The notes under the pieces: generated by a model
The model's database searches: none
What the model saw: the letters and a program-made list of their open reading frames with translations, nothing else
What the model was told of the DNA's origin: nothing
Assembly (NCBI GenBank): GCA_025774845.1
Contig: JALGZP010000002.1
Coordinates: 348-64,347, forward strand
Reading direction: 5' to 3'
Origin: a bacterium
Lineage (GTDB): Bacteria; Arandabacterota; Arandabacteria; Arandabacterales; Arandabacteraceae
Length of the DNA stretch: 64,000 nt
Position numbers and translations under genes: made by a program
Shown here: positions 18,557-27,880 of the stretch, one piece after another
Position numbering within the stretch: position 1 is the stretch's first letter
Layout: each line of letters begins with the position of its first letter

Positions 18557-20875
18557 TCATACTCCCAGATACTTGCATATCGTACCAGCCGCGCCAACGC
18601 CCTCAACGAATGCTTCTTCGGCTATGACCGGAGACCGGCCAAAACCGCAGGCGAAGATGCCGGAAGCACTTGTGGCGAATGGGGCGGCCAGCGAATCACC
18701 CGTCGCTATGAACTTAAGATCGTCAAGCCTGACTCCGGCCACGCGCGCCAGCTCTTCGTGGTCCGAGCCGTGGAGATGCCCGACTGAAAGCACCACGGCG
18801 TCAAACTCGTTGGAAACACTCTTCCCATCCGTCGAGTCGACGGCTACCTTGAGAGCCCCTTCCGTAGTAATCCGTGGCTCACCCGTGATCTCGATGAAGT
18901 TTACCCCGAGGTCGGCGGCATCCGTGTAGAGATCCTCCTCGAAGCCAAAAACCCTGATCCCTCTGTGGAACACGGTTACCTCTGCGCCGGGATTGTCCTC
19001 TTTGAGTCTGAGCACGTTGGCCAGGGCTTGCTTGCAGCAGTACCTGCTGCAGTAGGGGTGTTCGGCGCTGCGTGCACCTACACACTGAATCATCGCCACC
19101 CGCTTCCAGGAAGCCCGGCCTCCGGTGATACGCTGGCGGAACTCACTCTGGGTCAGGATTGCCTCGTGCTCTCCATGGTGGTACCCCGCAGGCACATAGG
19201 CGTTCGCGCCGGTTGCCATCAGCATCGCACCTGCTTCGAGCGTCTTCTCACCCTGGGGGGTGGAAACCTTGACCGTGATCTTTCCATCCGACGTTTCTAC
19301 GGCCGCTACGGTGCTTTCCTTAAGAACCGTTGCAACCGGGTTCGTCTCTATGGCTTTCACAAAACCGTCAACCACATCGACCTCTGTGCCTTCGGCGATG
19401 GCGGCGAAAGTCAGAGGCTTGCCTATTTCCGCCGACTTCTCAACCACTGTCACTTCTACACCACGCCGCACGAGCTCACTCGCGGCGGCGAGACCCGAGG
19501 TGCCTCCGCCGACCACAACCACACTCGCGGGTCTCTTCTCCCTCCCGGCCTCCGGCAGCTGCGAGGCAGAGGAGCCCTCCGTGACCGAGGCCAATTTCGC
19601 CTTCAGGTCGCCGCTCAGGCCTTCACCACCCACAATCGTGACGCTTCCCCGGGGGAGACCCGAGACCGTCTCAAAGAGCTCTTCATGACTGCCTTTGTGA
19701 CATCCCACCACGACTATCGATGATGTCTCATCCAGATTCGCCCTCATCGCGGCTCTGCCGTCCTTGTAACAAAGGAACGGGTGGACGATACAAAGCCCTT
19801 CGACATCCGACCGGTTCACACCTGCAAGCTCGAGACCGTATTCACAGGCATACACGAACGTCTTGCCCTTGTGCCGGGGTGACTGCTGAGACGGCACAGC
19901 CCCTGAGGAGTCGAGTGATCTGGTTGATGCCGCCAATGCATCGATCACACTCCGGTAAACCGGAGCCGGTCCGCAAACGGCACCACCAAATGATACGGCT
20001 TCGGTCTCGGCGATGAGACTTCCTATGCTGCGTTCAATGAACCCGAACTTGTTGACCCTGATCCCCGCCGTCCTGGCATAGCGCTTGAAGCCGCCAAGGG
20101 CATGGACACCAACGGCAAGCACGACGAGATCGAATTTCGCTTCGGCGGTTTCACCCGCGGCTGAGTATCCAACACTCAGGGTCCCATCCCCGGGATCCTC
20201 CTTGACCGAGGTCACCTCTCCCTCGATGAACTCGATCCAGTTCTCGCCCTGAAGCTCCGAAAGATCGAGCTCACTCCCTTTACCCACTGGTCTTAAGCCC
20301 CTGTGGAATACATGGACCTCCACATCGCCGGCAAGCTTCCTGGCATGTCTGGCCTGTGAAAACGTACGCGAGCAGCAGTCCGATGAGCAGAAGTTCGCGC
20401 CAATGCCCTCTTCCCTCGAACCGACACACTGAATGAAAGCGATTCGTTTCGGTATGTCCCCGTCAAAGGGTCTTACCAGGAGTCCGCCGAATGGACCCGT
20501 GGGACTCACCAGACGCTCGAATTCGAAACTGGTTATCACGTTCGCAGCGTCCGCGTAGCCGAGCTCCTTCTTCCCGTCGGGGTTAAAGACCTGACCGTCG
20601 GACGTGAATACTATGGCGTCTGCTTCGAGCTCGACCCTGCTTGCCGCTTCATCGTAGACGATCGCCTTGGGATCACACTCTGCAAGACACAGCCCGCAGC
20701 CGATACAGCGCCGGCAGCTCAGGCACCGTGCTGCTTCCTTAAGAACCATCTCCTCCGAAAGCCCGAGTTCAACCTCTTCGAAGTTGAGATTCCTCTCTTC
20801 AAGCGGCAGTTCGGGCATCCTATTCCGCTCGGAAGGAATGTCTTTGAACTCGGGTATGAACTTCGGTTTCTTCAT
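18557..20875 (-). CDS. Large HdrA-related flavoprotein: N-terminal Fe-S module plus two HdrA-like modules
   Basis: 772 aa. CLSCRRCIGCGLCLAEC, then two CxGxR...C..CC signatures (IQCVGSREEGIGANFCSSDCC and IQCVGARSAEHPYCSRYCC) and one GGGTSG FAD site. Confidence 0.8.
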   Translation of the reverse strand: MKKPKFIPEFKDIPSERNRMPELPLEERNLNFEEVELGLSEEMVLKEAARCLSCRRCIGCGLCLAECDPKAIVYDEAASRVELEADAIVFTSDGQVFNPDGKKELGYADAANVITSFEFERLVSPTGPFGGLLVRPFDGDIPKRIAFIQCVGSREEGIGANFCSSDCCSRTFSQARHARKLAGDVEVHVFHRGLRPVGKGSELDLSELQGENWIEFIEGEVTSVKEDPGDGTLSVGYSAAGETAEAKFDLVVLAVGVHALGGFKRYARTAGIRVNKFGFIERSIGSLIAETEAVSFGGAVCGPAPVYRSVIDALAASTRSLDSSGAVPSQQSPRHKGKTFVYACEYGLELAGVNRSDVEGLCIVHPFLCYKDGRAAMRANLDETSSIVVVGCHKGSHEELFETVSGLPRGSVTIVGGEGLSGDLKAKLASVTEGSSASQLPEAGREKRPASVVVVGGGTSGLAAASELVRRGVEVTVVEKSAEIGKPLTFAAIAEGTEVDVVDGFVKAIETNPVATVLKESTVAAVETSDGKITVKVSTPQGEKTLEAGAMLMATGANAYVPAGYHHGEHEAILTQSEFRQRITGGRASWKRVAMIQCVGARSAEHPYCSRYCCKQALANVLRLKEDNPGAEVTVFHRGIRVFGFEEDLYTDAADLGVNFIEITGEPRITTEGALKVAVDSTDGKSVSNEFDAVVLSVGHLHGSDHEELARVAGVRLDDLKFIATGDSLAAPFATSASGIFACGFGRSPVIAEEAFVEGVGAAGTICKYLGV

Positions 20876-20877
20876 AT

Positions 20878-22566
20878 CTAACTCAGGTACTCCTTCATTG
20901 AATCGGCTGCTATGTGGCCCGCGCGTATTGCCTCAATCACCGTGGCAGGCCCGGTCACACCATCCCCCCCCGCATATATGCCGGGACGGTTGGTGGCCAT
21001 AGTCCTTTCGTCAACCACAAACGAGTTCCAACGCGATATCTCGAAGCCATGCTCGTCCGGGAGGAACGTGATATCCGGCTGCTGGCTGATGGCCGGAATG
21101 ATGAGATCGGCCTCGACGGTGAATTCCGAACCCTCGACAGGAATCGGCCGTCTTCGGCCGCTTGCATCGAGTTTGCCCAGTCTCATCTTGGTGCATTCCA
21201 TGCCGGCTACCTTTCCGCCTTTACCCAGGATCTTGACCGGTGCGGCAAGGTAGTGAATCTTGACGCCCTCCTCCTCCGCTCCCTCGACCTCCCAGTCGTT
21301 TGCAGGCATCTCCCTTCGCGATCTCCTGTAGAGTATGGTGACCTCCTCACAACCCAACCTGAGCGCCGTCCTTGCCGAATCGATCGCCGAGTTTCCGCCG
21401 CCTATGACTATCACCTTGTTACCCGGTCTTGTCTTGTCTCCGAGATTCACATCCCGGAGGAACTTTATACAGTCAAGAAAACCTTCGTAGTCGTCTTCCC
21501 CGGGCACCCTGAGTTTAAGACCTTCATATGCACCCACGCCCAGGAAGATTCCCTTAAAGCCCTGCTTGAAGAGGTCGTCGACCGTGAACTCCTTCGTGAG
21601 AGGGGTGTTGAGTTTTATCTCGACACCAAGATCTTCGATGTATGCAACATCACTCAAGAGGATGTCCCTGGGCAGCCTGTATTCGGGAATTCCGAGGTGC
21701 ATCATGCCGCCGGGCACGGGAGCGGCCTCAAAAACGGTTACCCGATAACCTTCAAGCGCGAGATCGTGTGCAACCGTAAGACCCGCGGGGCCGGCCCCCA
21801 CCACTGCCACTTTGGTCTTAAGGTCTTTCTTGGGCTTCGGCGGTACGAACTTGCCGGCCTTTCGCTGTGCGACCTCATAATCGCTTACAAAACGCTTGAG
21901 AGCATCAATCGCAATCGCCTCGTCCTGACGCCCCCTGTTACAGACCGTCTCACACGGATGAGGACAGATCCGGCCGCAAACTGCTGGCAGCGGATTCCTG
22001 TCACGAATAACTCTTATTGCTTCTTCGTACCGGCCACCGGCGATCAGTCCCACGTACCTTCTTATGTCTATGTGAACGGGGCATCGCTCCTGGCAGGCGG
22101 GTGTTTCCTTCTCGATATTGTACTCGCCCCCGAAAGTACGCGGCCCCGCAAAGTCTATCGCGGTCCTGAGCATCAAACCCTCGTTATAGCTATCATATGG
22201 CTTTATCGGACAGACAAGCAGGCACTCGGCGCAGGCATTACAGGCCTCGGTTACCCTGCCCGGCTGGTGAGTTAGACTGACTTTGATCCTGTCGTCTTTC
22301 TTACGCACGCTCCCGAGGGTCGAGTTCGTGAGTACCCTGATCCCCGGGTGAGCAAGAACCTCATTCACCAACTTGGATGAAAGACAGACCGATGGGAAGC
22401 CCTCGGGAACCACCCGTTCCTGCTTGAGCAAGAGCCCGCCCAGGAACGGCGACTCCTCAACAAGCGCAACCCTGGCGCCCGATCCCGCAACCTCGAGTGC
22501 TGCCGTAAGCCCGGTGATACCGCCACCGACAACAACTACTTCCCTCGGGGAAGACTTATCACTCAT
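20878..22566 (-). CDS. GltD/NfnB-like NAD(P)H oxidoreductase subunit with an N-terminal HdrA-like FAD fragment
   Basis: Start taken at MSDKSS (ATGAGTGA overlap with the mvhD stop). VVVGGGITG...ACNACAECLLVCP is followed by CGRICPHPCETVCNRG and VAVVGAGPAGL...PGGMMHLGIPEYRLPRD...VIGGGNSAIDSAR, typical of GltD/NfnB. Confidence 0.8.
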   Translation of the reverse strand: MSDKSSPREVVVVGGGITGLTAALEVAGSGARVALVEESPFLGGLLLKQERVVPEGFPSVCLSSKLVNEVLAHPGIRVLTNSTLGSVRKKDDRIKVSLTHQPGRVTEACNACAECLLVCPIKPYDSYNEGLMLRTAIDFAGPRTFGGEYNIEKETPACQERCPVHIDIRRYVGLIAGGRYEEAIRVIRDRNPLPAVCGRICPHPCETVCNRGRQDEAIAIDALKRFVSDYEVAQRKAGKFVPPKPKKDLKTKVAVVGAGPAGLTVAHDLALEGYRVTVFEAAPVPGGMMHLGIPEYRLPRDILLSDVAYIEDLGVEIKLNTPLTKEFTVDDLFKQGFKGIFLGVGAYEGLKLRVPGEDDYEGFLDCIKFLRDVNLGDKTRPGNKVIVIGGGNSAIDSARTALRLGCEEVTILYRRSRREMPANDWEVEGAEEEGVKIHYLAAPVKILGKGGKVAGMECTKMRLGKLDASGRRRPIPVEGSEFTVEADLIIPAISQQPDITFLPDEHGFEISRWNSFVVDERTMATNRPGIYAGGDGVTGPATVIEAIRAGHIAADSMKEYLS

Positions 22567-23347
22567 ATGCAGTCTCACCGTTACCTGAAAGTTCCCACAT
22601 CGGGGTGTTTCCCACGACGGAGTGTATCTCAGCAAAACCCATCTTCTTTAGATCCGCCATCTGTCTTACGAGAATCTTCGGTGCCGTGTCCATCTTGGTG
22701 GCCAGCTCTTTTACCGAATGGGGTTTACCCTTGAGCCGTTCCAGTATCTCTCTCAGTCTGAATTCATCCATCGCTATCTCGTCAAAGAGCCTACCTATCT
22801 CATGGGCCGTGAACTTCTCCCCGTAGAGGTTACCCTTCTCGGTGAATTCCACGATCTTGCCCGTGACCCATCTGATCTTACGGCCGCCGAGCGCCTTCCC
22901 CGCAGCCTGAAGCTTGACCTCAAGATCGTTCTTATCGATGCCCTCGGGCTTACCCAGGGGACCCAGCTCGGTGATATCCTTCTGGAACTCACCTGCGAAC
23001 TCGACGAACTTGTTGCCCTCAGCGCTCGACATCATACGCATCCGGAGTCTGGCAGGATCTATACCCGCCATCCTGAGGACCCGCTTGGTGATTTCCATCT
23101 TGCCCTCGGCATGGAGGTTACCCGAGGTATAATGGCACTCTCCACGCTTGCAGGCGCCCACGAACACTCCGTCCGCACCCGCCAGCAATGACTCGATGAC
23201 CATCACAGGATCCACCCTTCCCGAACACATCACTCTCACAACCCTGATGTCGGGTGCATATTGAAACCTCGCTACCCCGGCGAGGTCAGCCGCACTGTAT
23301 GCTCACCAGTTACAGCAGAAAGCTATGATGTGCGGTTTGAAACTCAT
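22559..23347 (-). CDS. mvhD: MvhD-like iron-sulfur subunit with in-frame UGA (candidate Sec in CCNW-U)
   Basis: Track ORF starts at 23239. Extending upstream in frame gives [47 protein letters not shown], with TGA at 23303..23305. The ATG at 23347 lies 2 nt after the upstream stop. Without the extension the conserved N-terminal Cys block of MvhD is missing. Confidence 0.8.
23267..23285 (-). promoter_or_regulatory. Candidate bacterial SECIS hairpin for UGA 23303
   Basis: mRNA folds as CCUCGC-CGGGGUA-GCGAGG. The 6-bp stem starts 18 nt after the UGA and loop Gs lie at +25 to +28. Confidence 0.6.
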
Positions 23348-23349
23348 AC

Positions 23350-25038
23350 TCACTCCTTTTCGAAAGCTGCCCGTATCTGGGCCGTCAATTGCTCGTCGCT
23401 ATAATGCTTCATTGTAATTGCCCCCCGGTAGCAGGTCGCTCCGCACGTTCCGCAACCCTTGCAGGCGACATCGATTGTCCGTGCTTTCTCGCCGGCCTCG
23501 GTCTCAATCAGCTCAATCGCTCCGTATGGACAGAGCGCCACACAGAGTCCGCACCCCCTGCAGTCTTCCTCGGTTATGAATGAGACAATCGGTTCAACCT
23601 TGACCCGACCGCTTTCGAGGAACGTGGATGCACGCGACGCGGCACCGAGTGCCTGCTCGATGCACTCCTGGATGCCGGCGGGCCACCGTGCGGTTCCGCA
23701 GACAAAGATCCCGTCGGTCGCAAAGTCAAGCGGTCTGAGCTTCACGTGGGCCTCGAGGAAGAAGCCGTATTCATCGAGCGGGACCTTGAGCATCCTGGAA
23801 AGAGCTTCATTCGTACCGGCCGGTACAAGCGGGGTCTCAAGCACAAGGAGATCATACGGGAGCACCATCTCTCTCCCAAGTATGGCACTCGTCACCTTGA
23901 CCTCGCCCTTCTCGGCAAGCGGCGGTGCGTCGTCTGGGTAATTCACGAACCTGACACCGGCTTCCTTGGCATCCATCAGCAGGCTCTCGTTCTTGATCCC
24001 GTAACACATGAGATCCCGGTAGAGCATGGTCACATCAGATTTCCACTTCTTGCGAATGAGGATCGCATTCTTGATTGCCGTCATACAGCATATACGCGAG
24101 CAGTAAAGCCTGTCCCGCATTCTCGACCCGACGCAACCGATCATGACAACGTTCTTAGGACGGGTCCCGGGCTTTGCGAGCAGGCCTTCAAGTTGAAGTT
24201 GGGTTACAGCCCGCTTTGAATCAAAGCCGTACTGTCCTTCCGGAACCAGTACTTCCGCTCCTGTCGCCAGGATTATGATACCTGCCGTCACAGGTTCCTT
24301 AAGCGATGTCACGGATACGATGTAGTTACCTATGTAACCCTTGACCTCGGTCACTTCCGATGACTTGAGAACCTTGATGCGCCGGGCTTTTCCTACACGC
24401 CCCACCAGACCCTTCACATACTCCGCCGCCGGTTTCTCATGCGGGTAGATCCAGTTGACCGCCCTTAAGAGCCCACCGAGTTGTTTCTGTTTCTCAACCA
24501 GAACCACCTCAAACCCTCGTCTCGCAAGCTCGAGCGAAGCGGTCATGCCCGAGATACCTCCACCGATCACAAGCGCGCGTTTCGTCACATCCCCGATGAT
24601 GGGTTCCATCGGCTCAAGATACGCCGCCCGTGCTACACCCATCCTTATGAGGTCCTTCGCCTTCTCCGTAGCCGCCTCGCGATCTTCCTTATGCACCCAC
24701 GAGCAGTGCTCCCTGATATTGACGAATTCAAAATAGTAGGGATTAAGCCCGGCATCTTCGCATGCCGCACGGAATGTTGGCTCATGTGTCCTCGGTGTAC
24801 AGGCGGCGACAACGACCCGTTCAAGTTTGTTATCGGTAATGGCCTGACGGATGTCATTGATCCCGGCTTCCGAACACGAGTAAAGATTCTCTCTCACAAA
24901 GATCACATTTGGAAGACCCGACGCGTAATCGGCCACGGTTTTGGCATCCAGGAAGCCCGCAATATTCGTCCCGCAGTTACAGACGAAAACCCCTATACGC
25001 GGGCCGTTCACCGTGTCTTTCCTGCCTTGCTTACTCAT
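23350..25038 (-). CDS. HdrA paralogue with intact N-terminal Cys domain and C-terminal 2x[4Fe-4S] ferredoxin, lacking the FPTxDCSxC block
   Basis: 562 aa. RIGVFVCNCGTNIAG, VVVAACTPRTHEP, NIREHCSWVH, VIGGGISG, IGCVGSRMRDRLYCSRICCM, and CRGCGLCVALCP / CKGCGTCGATC. ATGA overlap with the upstream gene. Confidence 0.85.
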   Translation of the reverse strand: MSKQGRKDTVNGPRIGVFVCNCGTNIAGFLDAKTVADYASGLPNVIFVRENLYSCSEAGINDIRQAITDNKLERVVVAACTPRTHEPTFRAACEDAGLNPYYFEFVNIREHCSWVHKEDREAATEKAKDLIRMGVARAAYLEPMEPIIGDVTKRALVIGGGISGMTASLELARRGFEVVLVEKQKQLGGLLRAVNWIYPHEKPAAEYVKGLVGRVGKARRIKVLKSSEVTEVKGYIGNYIVSVTSLKEPVTAGIIILATGAEVLVPEGQYGFDSKRAVTQLQLEGLLAKPGTRPKNVVMIGCVGSRMRDRLYCSRICCMTAIKNAILIRKKWKSDVTMLYRDLMCYGIKNESLLMDAKEAGVRFVNYPDDAPPLAEKGEVKVTSAILGREMVLPYDLLVLETPLVPAGTNEALSRMLKVPLDEYGFFLEAHVKLRPLDFATDGIFVCGTARWPAGIQECIEQALGAASRASTFLESGRVKVEPIVSFITEEDCRGCGLCVALCPYGAIELIETEAGEKARTIDVACKGCGTCGATCYRGAITMKHYSDEQLTAQIRAAFEKE

Positions 25039-26330
25039 ACGCCGACTTCCTCATATATCCTGGCCGCCGCCCGCTCTGCGGCGGCACTGGCCTGGCTTAC
25101 CGCCTCGGGTATATCACACGGCCCCTTACAGAACCCACAGGCGAAGATGCCTGCCACACTGGTATCCGCCGGTTGCTCGGGGGGACACAGGATGAAACCG
25201 TACTTGTCCGCCTTGATCCGGAGAAGTTTCGCGAGCCCAAGCGCTCCCCTTGACGGCATCGCCGCGGTTGCCAGCACGACCATTTCGGTCTCAAGCGATT
25301 CGACTTTTCTCTTTCTCGTGTCCTCGTACCACACGATGGGATTCCCGTTGGGACCATCCTCGATCTCGGCAACCCTTCCCCTTATGTACTGGACCCCGTA
25401 CTCTTCCGCCGCCCGCTTCTCGTACTTCTGGAACCCCTTGCCCACGTTCCGGAGGTCCGTGTGGAAGACGTAGGAAACCGATTCGGGATCGTGTTCCCTC
25501 GCCAGCATGGCATCCTTGATCGAATACATACAGCAAACGCTCGAGCAATACGCGCAGTTGTTGAGATCTCTCGAGCCCACACACTGTACGTAAGCCACCT
25601 TCTTGGCCAGCTTGCCGTCGGAGGGTCTGTGGAGATGCCCTCCGGTGGGACCGGTCGCATTTATGAGTCTCTCATACTGTAAGCCGGTTATTACATTCTG
25701 GATCTTGCCAAAACCGTAGTGGGTAAGCGCCGTCGGGTCGAAGATATCAAGCCCGGTCGCGACTATTACCGCATCGACGTCGAGAGCAAGGATCTTGTCC
25801 TTCATCTCGTAGTCTATCGCGCCCTTGTCGCAGATCTTCTTACACACGCCACACTTGCCCTTGGTGAAGTATATGCAGTGGTCGCTGTCTATGGTCATTA
25901 CCGCGGGAATGCCCTGTGAGAAGTAAAGGTATATCGCTTTCCGTTTCCTCAAGTCCATGTCGAAGGCATCGGGTGCTTTTCCCGGGCACTTGCTCACACA
26001 GTCTCCACAGGCATTACAAATTTCTTCATCGACGTAGCGGGTGCGCTTTCTCACCTTGAGTGAGAACTTGCCGCCTTTCCGCTTAAGCCCCTCTATCTCA
26101 CTGTACGCCAGCAGTTCGACCCTGGGATGCCGACCGGCATCCAGCATTTTAGGCGCGAGAATTCATATGGAGCAGTCATTGGTGGGAAAAGTCTTATCAA
26201 GCTGTGCCATCACCCCGCCTATGCTGGGTTTCTTCTCGATCAGATAGACTTGAATACCCATCTCACCGAGGTCTAGCGCAGCCTGAATACCGGCAATCCC
26301 ACCGCCGATCACTGCAACCTTACCTTCCAC
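25035..26330 (-). CDS. hdrA: HdrA core (FAD domain plus inserted ferredoxin) with in-frame UGA (candidate Sec in FPTNDCSI-U)
   Basis: Track ORFs 26163..26372 and 25035..26147 share one frame and are separated only by TGA at 26163..26165. Read-through gives [15 protein letters not shown]...[29 protein letters not shown]...[12 protein letters not shown]...[22 protein letters not shown]. Start placed at GTG 26330, 8 nt after GGGAGG; the ATG at 26372 is an alternative. Confidence 0.85.
26122..26144 (-). promoter_or_regulatory. Candidate bacterial SECIS hairpin for UGA 26163
   Basis: mRNA folds as CUGGAUGCC-GGUC-GGCAUC(C)CAG. A 7-bp perfect core extends to 9 bp with one bulged C. It starts 19 nt after the UGA and has a GGUC tetraloop. 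Confidence 0.7.
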
Positions 26331-27462
26331 GCTTCTTACCTCCCAATGATCCGGCCACAAGCGTGACCGCATCGGTTATCTCTATTTGACCTGAGCAATC
26401 CTCATCCCGCAGGGCGCATCTCAGGTGGATATTGCACTTCGGACAAGCGGTAACAAGCACCTGCGCGCCTGTTGAGATGGCTTCATCAAGTCTCTCGACC
26501 TGGATCTTCTTGTTGACCCTCGAGCAGCTCACCCAGTTGCTTGAACCACAGCAAAGTGCATCCTTACCCCTTCGCGTCATTTCCGCCAGCTCGAGATCGG
26601 GTATGCTCTTGAGCACGTTCCGAGGTTCCTCGATAATGTCATCAGACTTGGCGAGCCTGCAGGGATCGTGGTAGGTCACTTTGGTTTTGCGTGAATTCAA
26701 TCGTATGTCACCCATCTTTTCACTCAGAAGATCAAGGAGGAAGACCACCTCGAGCCCCATACCCCTTACGAACTCCGAATAGACGTGTTTGAACATGTGA
26801 TAGCATTCCGGACAGGAGAACACGACACGTTTTGCACCCGTCTTCTTTATAGCTGCGACATTACGTTTAGCAAGTTCCTTTACGAGATCGCCTCCCCCGG
26901 TCCAGTACTCATCATGACCGCAGCACACCTCACCTTCGCTGACGGCAGGTATGATGCCCAACTGATTGAGCAGACGTACGCTTGAGTTCCCGATCCCCCT
27001 GCCGTCGAAACCGATTTCCTTGAACACGACATCAAGAAAAGGCAGGCAGCCTCCGAAGTAATACGTGCTTGATCTCGACCGTGTCTTCGCGCCACGCCCC
27101 AGCCAGGAAGCCTGTCGTCTGAACCCTGGCATACGTTGCAGGTCGATCAGGGCTGCGAGTGTGTCCGCATGGGTGCAGACACCGCTCTCACCAACCTGTC
27201 TTGCGCGCTCCCTCATCGATCTCATGAAACCCGTGAAATCAACCGTGGACGGACACCGGAGATCACAGGTGCCGCAGGTGAGACAGCTCCACATTTCCGG
27301 GTCGTGCACACTTTCATCCTCACTGAAGAGGAGCGCCTTCTCCACGGTCAGCCGCGGTGAGTAGGCGTCGCGATGCCTGGAAACGGGACAACTGCCCGTA
27401 CAGATACCGCACTCGAGGCAGAGATATGCCTTTGTCTTATCTACGGCCGCGCGAAGCGACAC
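26320..27462 (-). CDS. HdrD-like (fused HdrC/HdrB) Fe-S protein with two CCG domains
   Basis: [12 protein letters not shown] and [12 protein letters not shown] (HdrC-like), then VCCGHDEYW and [11 protein letters not shown] motifs. Start placed at GTG 27462 after AGGAGGAGG; the track start at 27510 is a TTG. Confidence 0.8.
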   Translation of the reverse strand: MSLRAAVDKTKAYLCLECGICTGSCPVSRHRDAYSPRLTVEKALLFSEDESVHDPEMWSCLTCGTCDLRCPSTVDFTGFMRSMRERARQVGESGVCTHADTLAALIDLQRMPGFRRQASWLGRGAKTRSRSSTYYFGGCLPFLDVVFKEIGFDGRGIGNSSVRLLNQLGIIPAVSEGEVCCGHDEYWTGGGDLVKELAKRNVAAIKKTGAKRVVFSCPECYHMFKHVYSEFVRGMGLEVVFLLDLLSEKMGDIRLNSRKTKVTYHDPCRLAKSDDIIEEPRNVLKSIPDLELAEMTRRGKDALCCGSSNWVSCSRVNKKIQVERLDEAISTGAQVLVTACPKCNIHLRCALRDEDCSGQIEITDAVTLVAGSLGGKKRGR

Positions 27463-27880
27463 GTTTCCTCCTCCTGGTTGTTTTCTTGAACTGCTTGAGG
27501 AAGTTCCCAAGCACCCTCTTGTATTCCTTGCCCCCGCTCTCCGATATCATGTGAAAGCCGAGGCGTTTCCCCGGTACTCCGGCAATCTCAAGTATCTCCT
27601 GCGTCTCCTTTACTATCTCTCCGCATCTCTGGCTTCCGTTGTAGTAATGACAGTCTCCCTCCTCACAACCCAGTACCAGTACTCCGTCGAAACCCTTGGC
27701 AAACAGCTTCAGCAGGAAAGACACCTTGACCAGACCTGTACATTTGACCGGTATGACAGTCGGACCCGCGTCACAGGTGAAGCCATCCTTCGCGGCATTC
27801 TCCATCGCTGTAAGCGGATGCCATTTGCACGGCACTATTGCCACCTTCGTTTTGATGCTATATACCCCCTGCCGCTTCAA
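27437..27880 (-). CDS. Second MvhD-like Fe-S protein (all-Cys version)
   Basis: 147 aa. VPVKCTGLVKVSFLLKLFAKGFDGVLVLGCEEGDCHYYNGS parallels VMCSGRVDP...GACKRGECHYTSGN of the neighbouring MvhD. Start codon uncertain (the track start is a TTG with no clear RBS). Confidence 0.7.
   Translation of the reverse strand: MKRQGVYSIKTKVAIVPCKWHPLTAMENAAKDGFTCDAGPTVIPVKCTGLVKVSFLLKLFAKGFDGVLVLGCEEGDCHYYNGSQRCGEIVKETQEILEIAGVPGKRLGFHMISESGGKEYKRVLGNFLKQFKKTTRRRKRVASRGRR

Noticed and set aside
20914-22275. 453-aa plus-strand ORF, with similar long antisense ORFs at 29450..31069, 24481..25473, 48955..50139, 52660..53670 and 8048..8914
   Set aside because: Each lies entirely antisense to a gene with strong family motifs. 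Their products are Arg/Pro/Ser/Gly-rich low-complexity strings with no motifs or RBS. These are typical shadow ORFs of GC-rich DNA.
27437-27490. Arg-rich C-terminal tail of the second MvhD-like protein ([16 protein letters not shown]) as a functional basic tail
   Set aside because: This stretch overlaps the AGGAGGAGG ribosome-binding site and the GTG start of the next gene. The Arg codons are most simply a by-product of that overlap.
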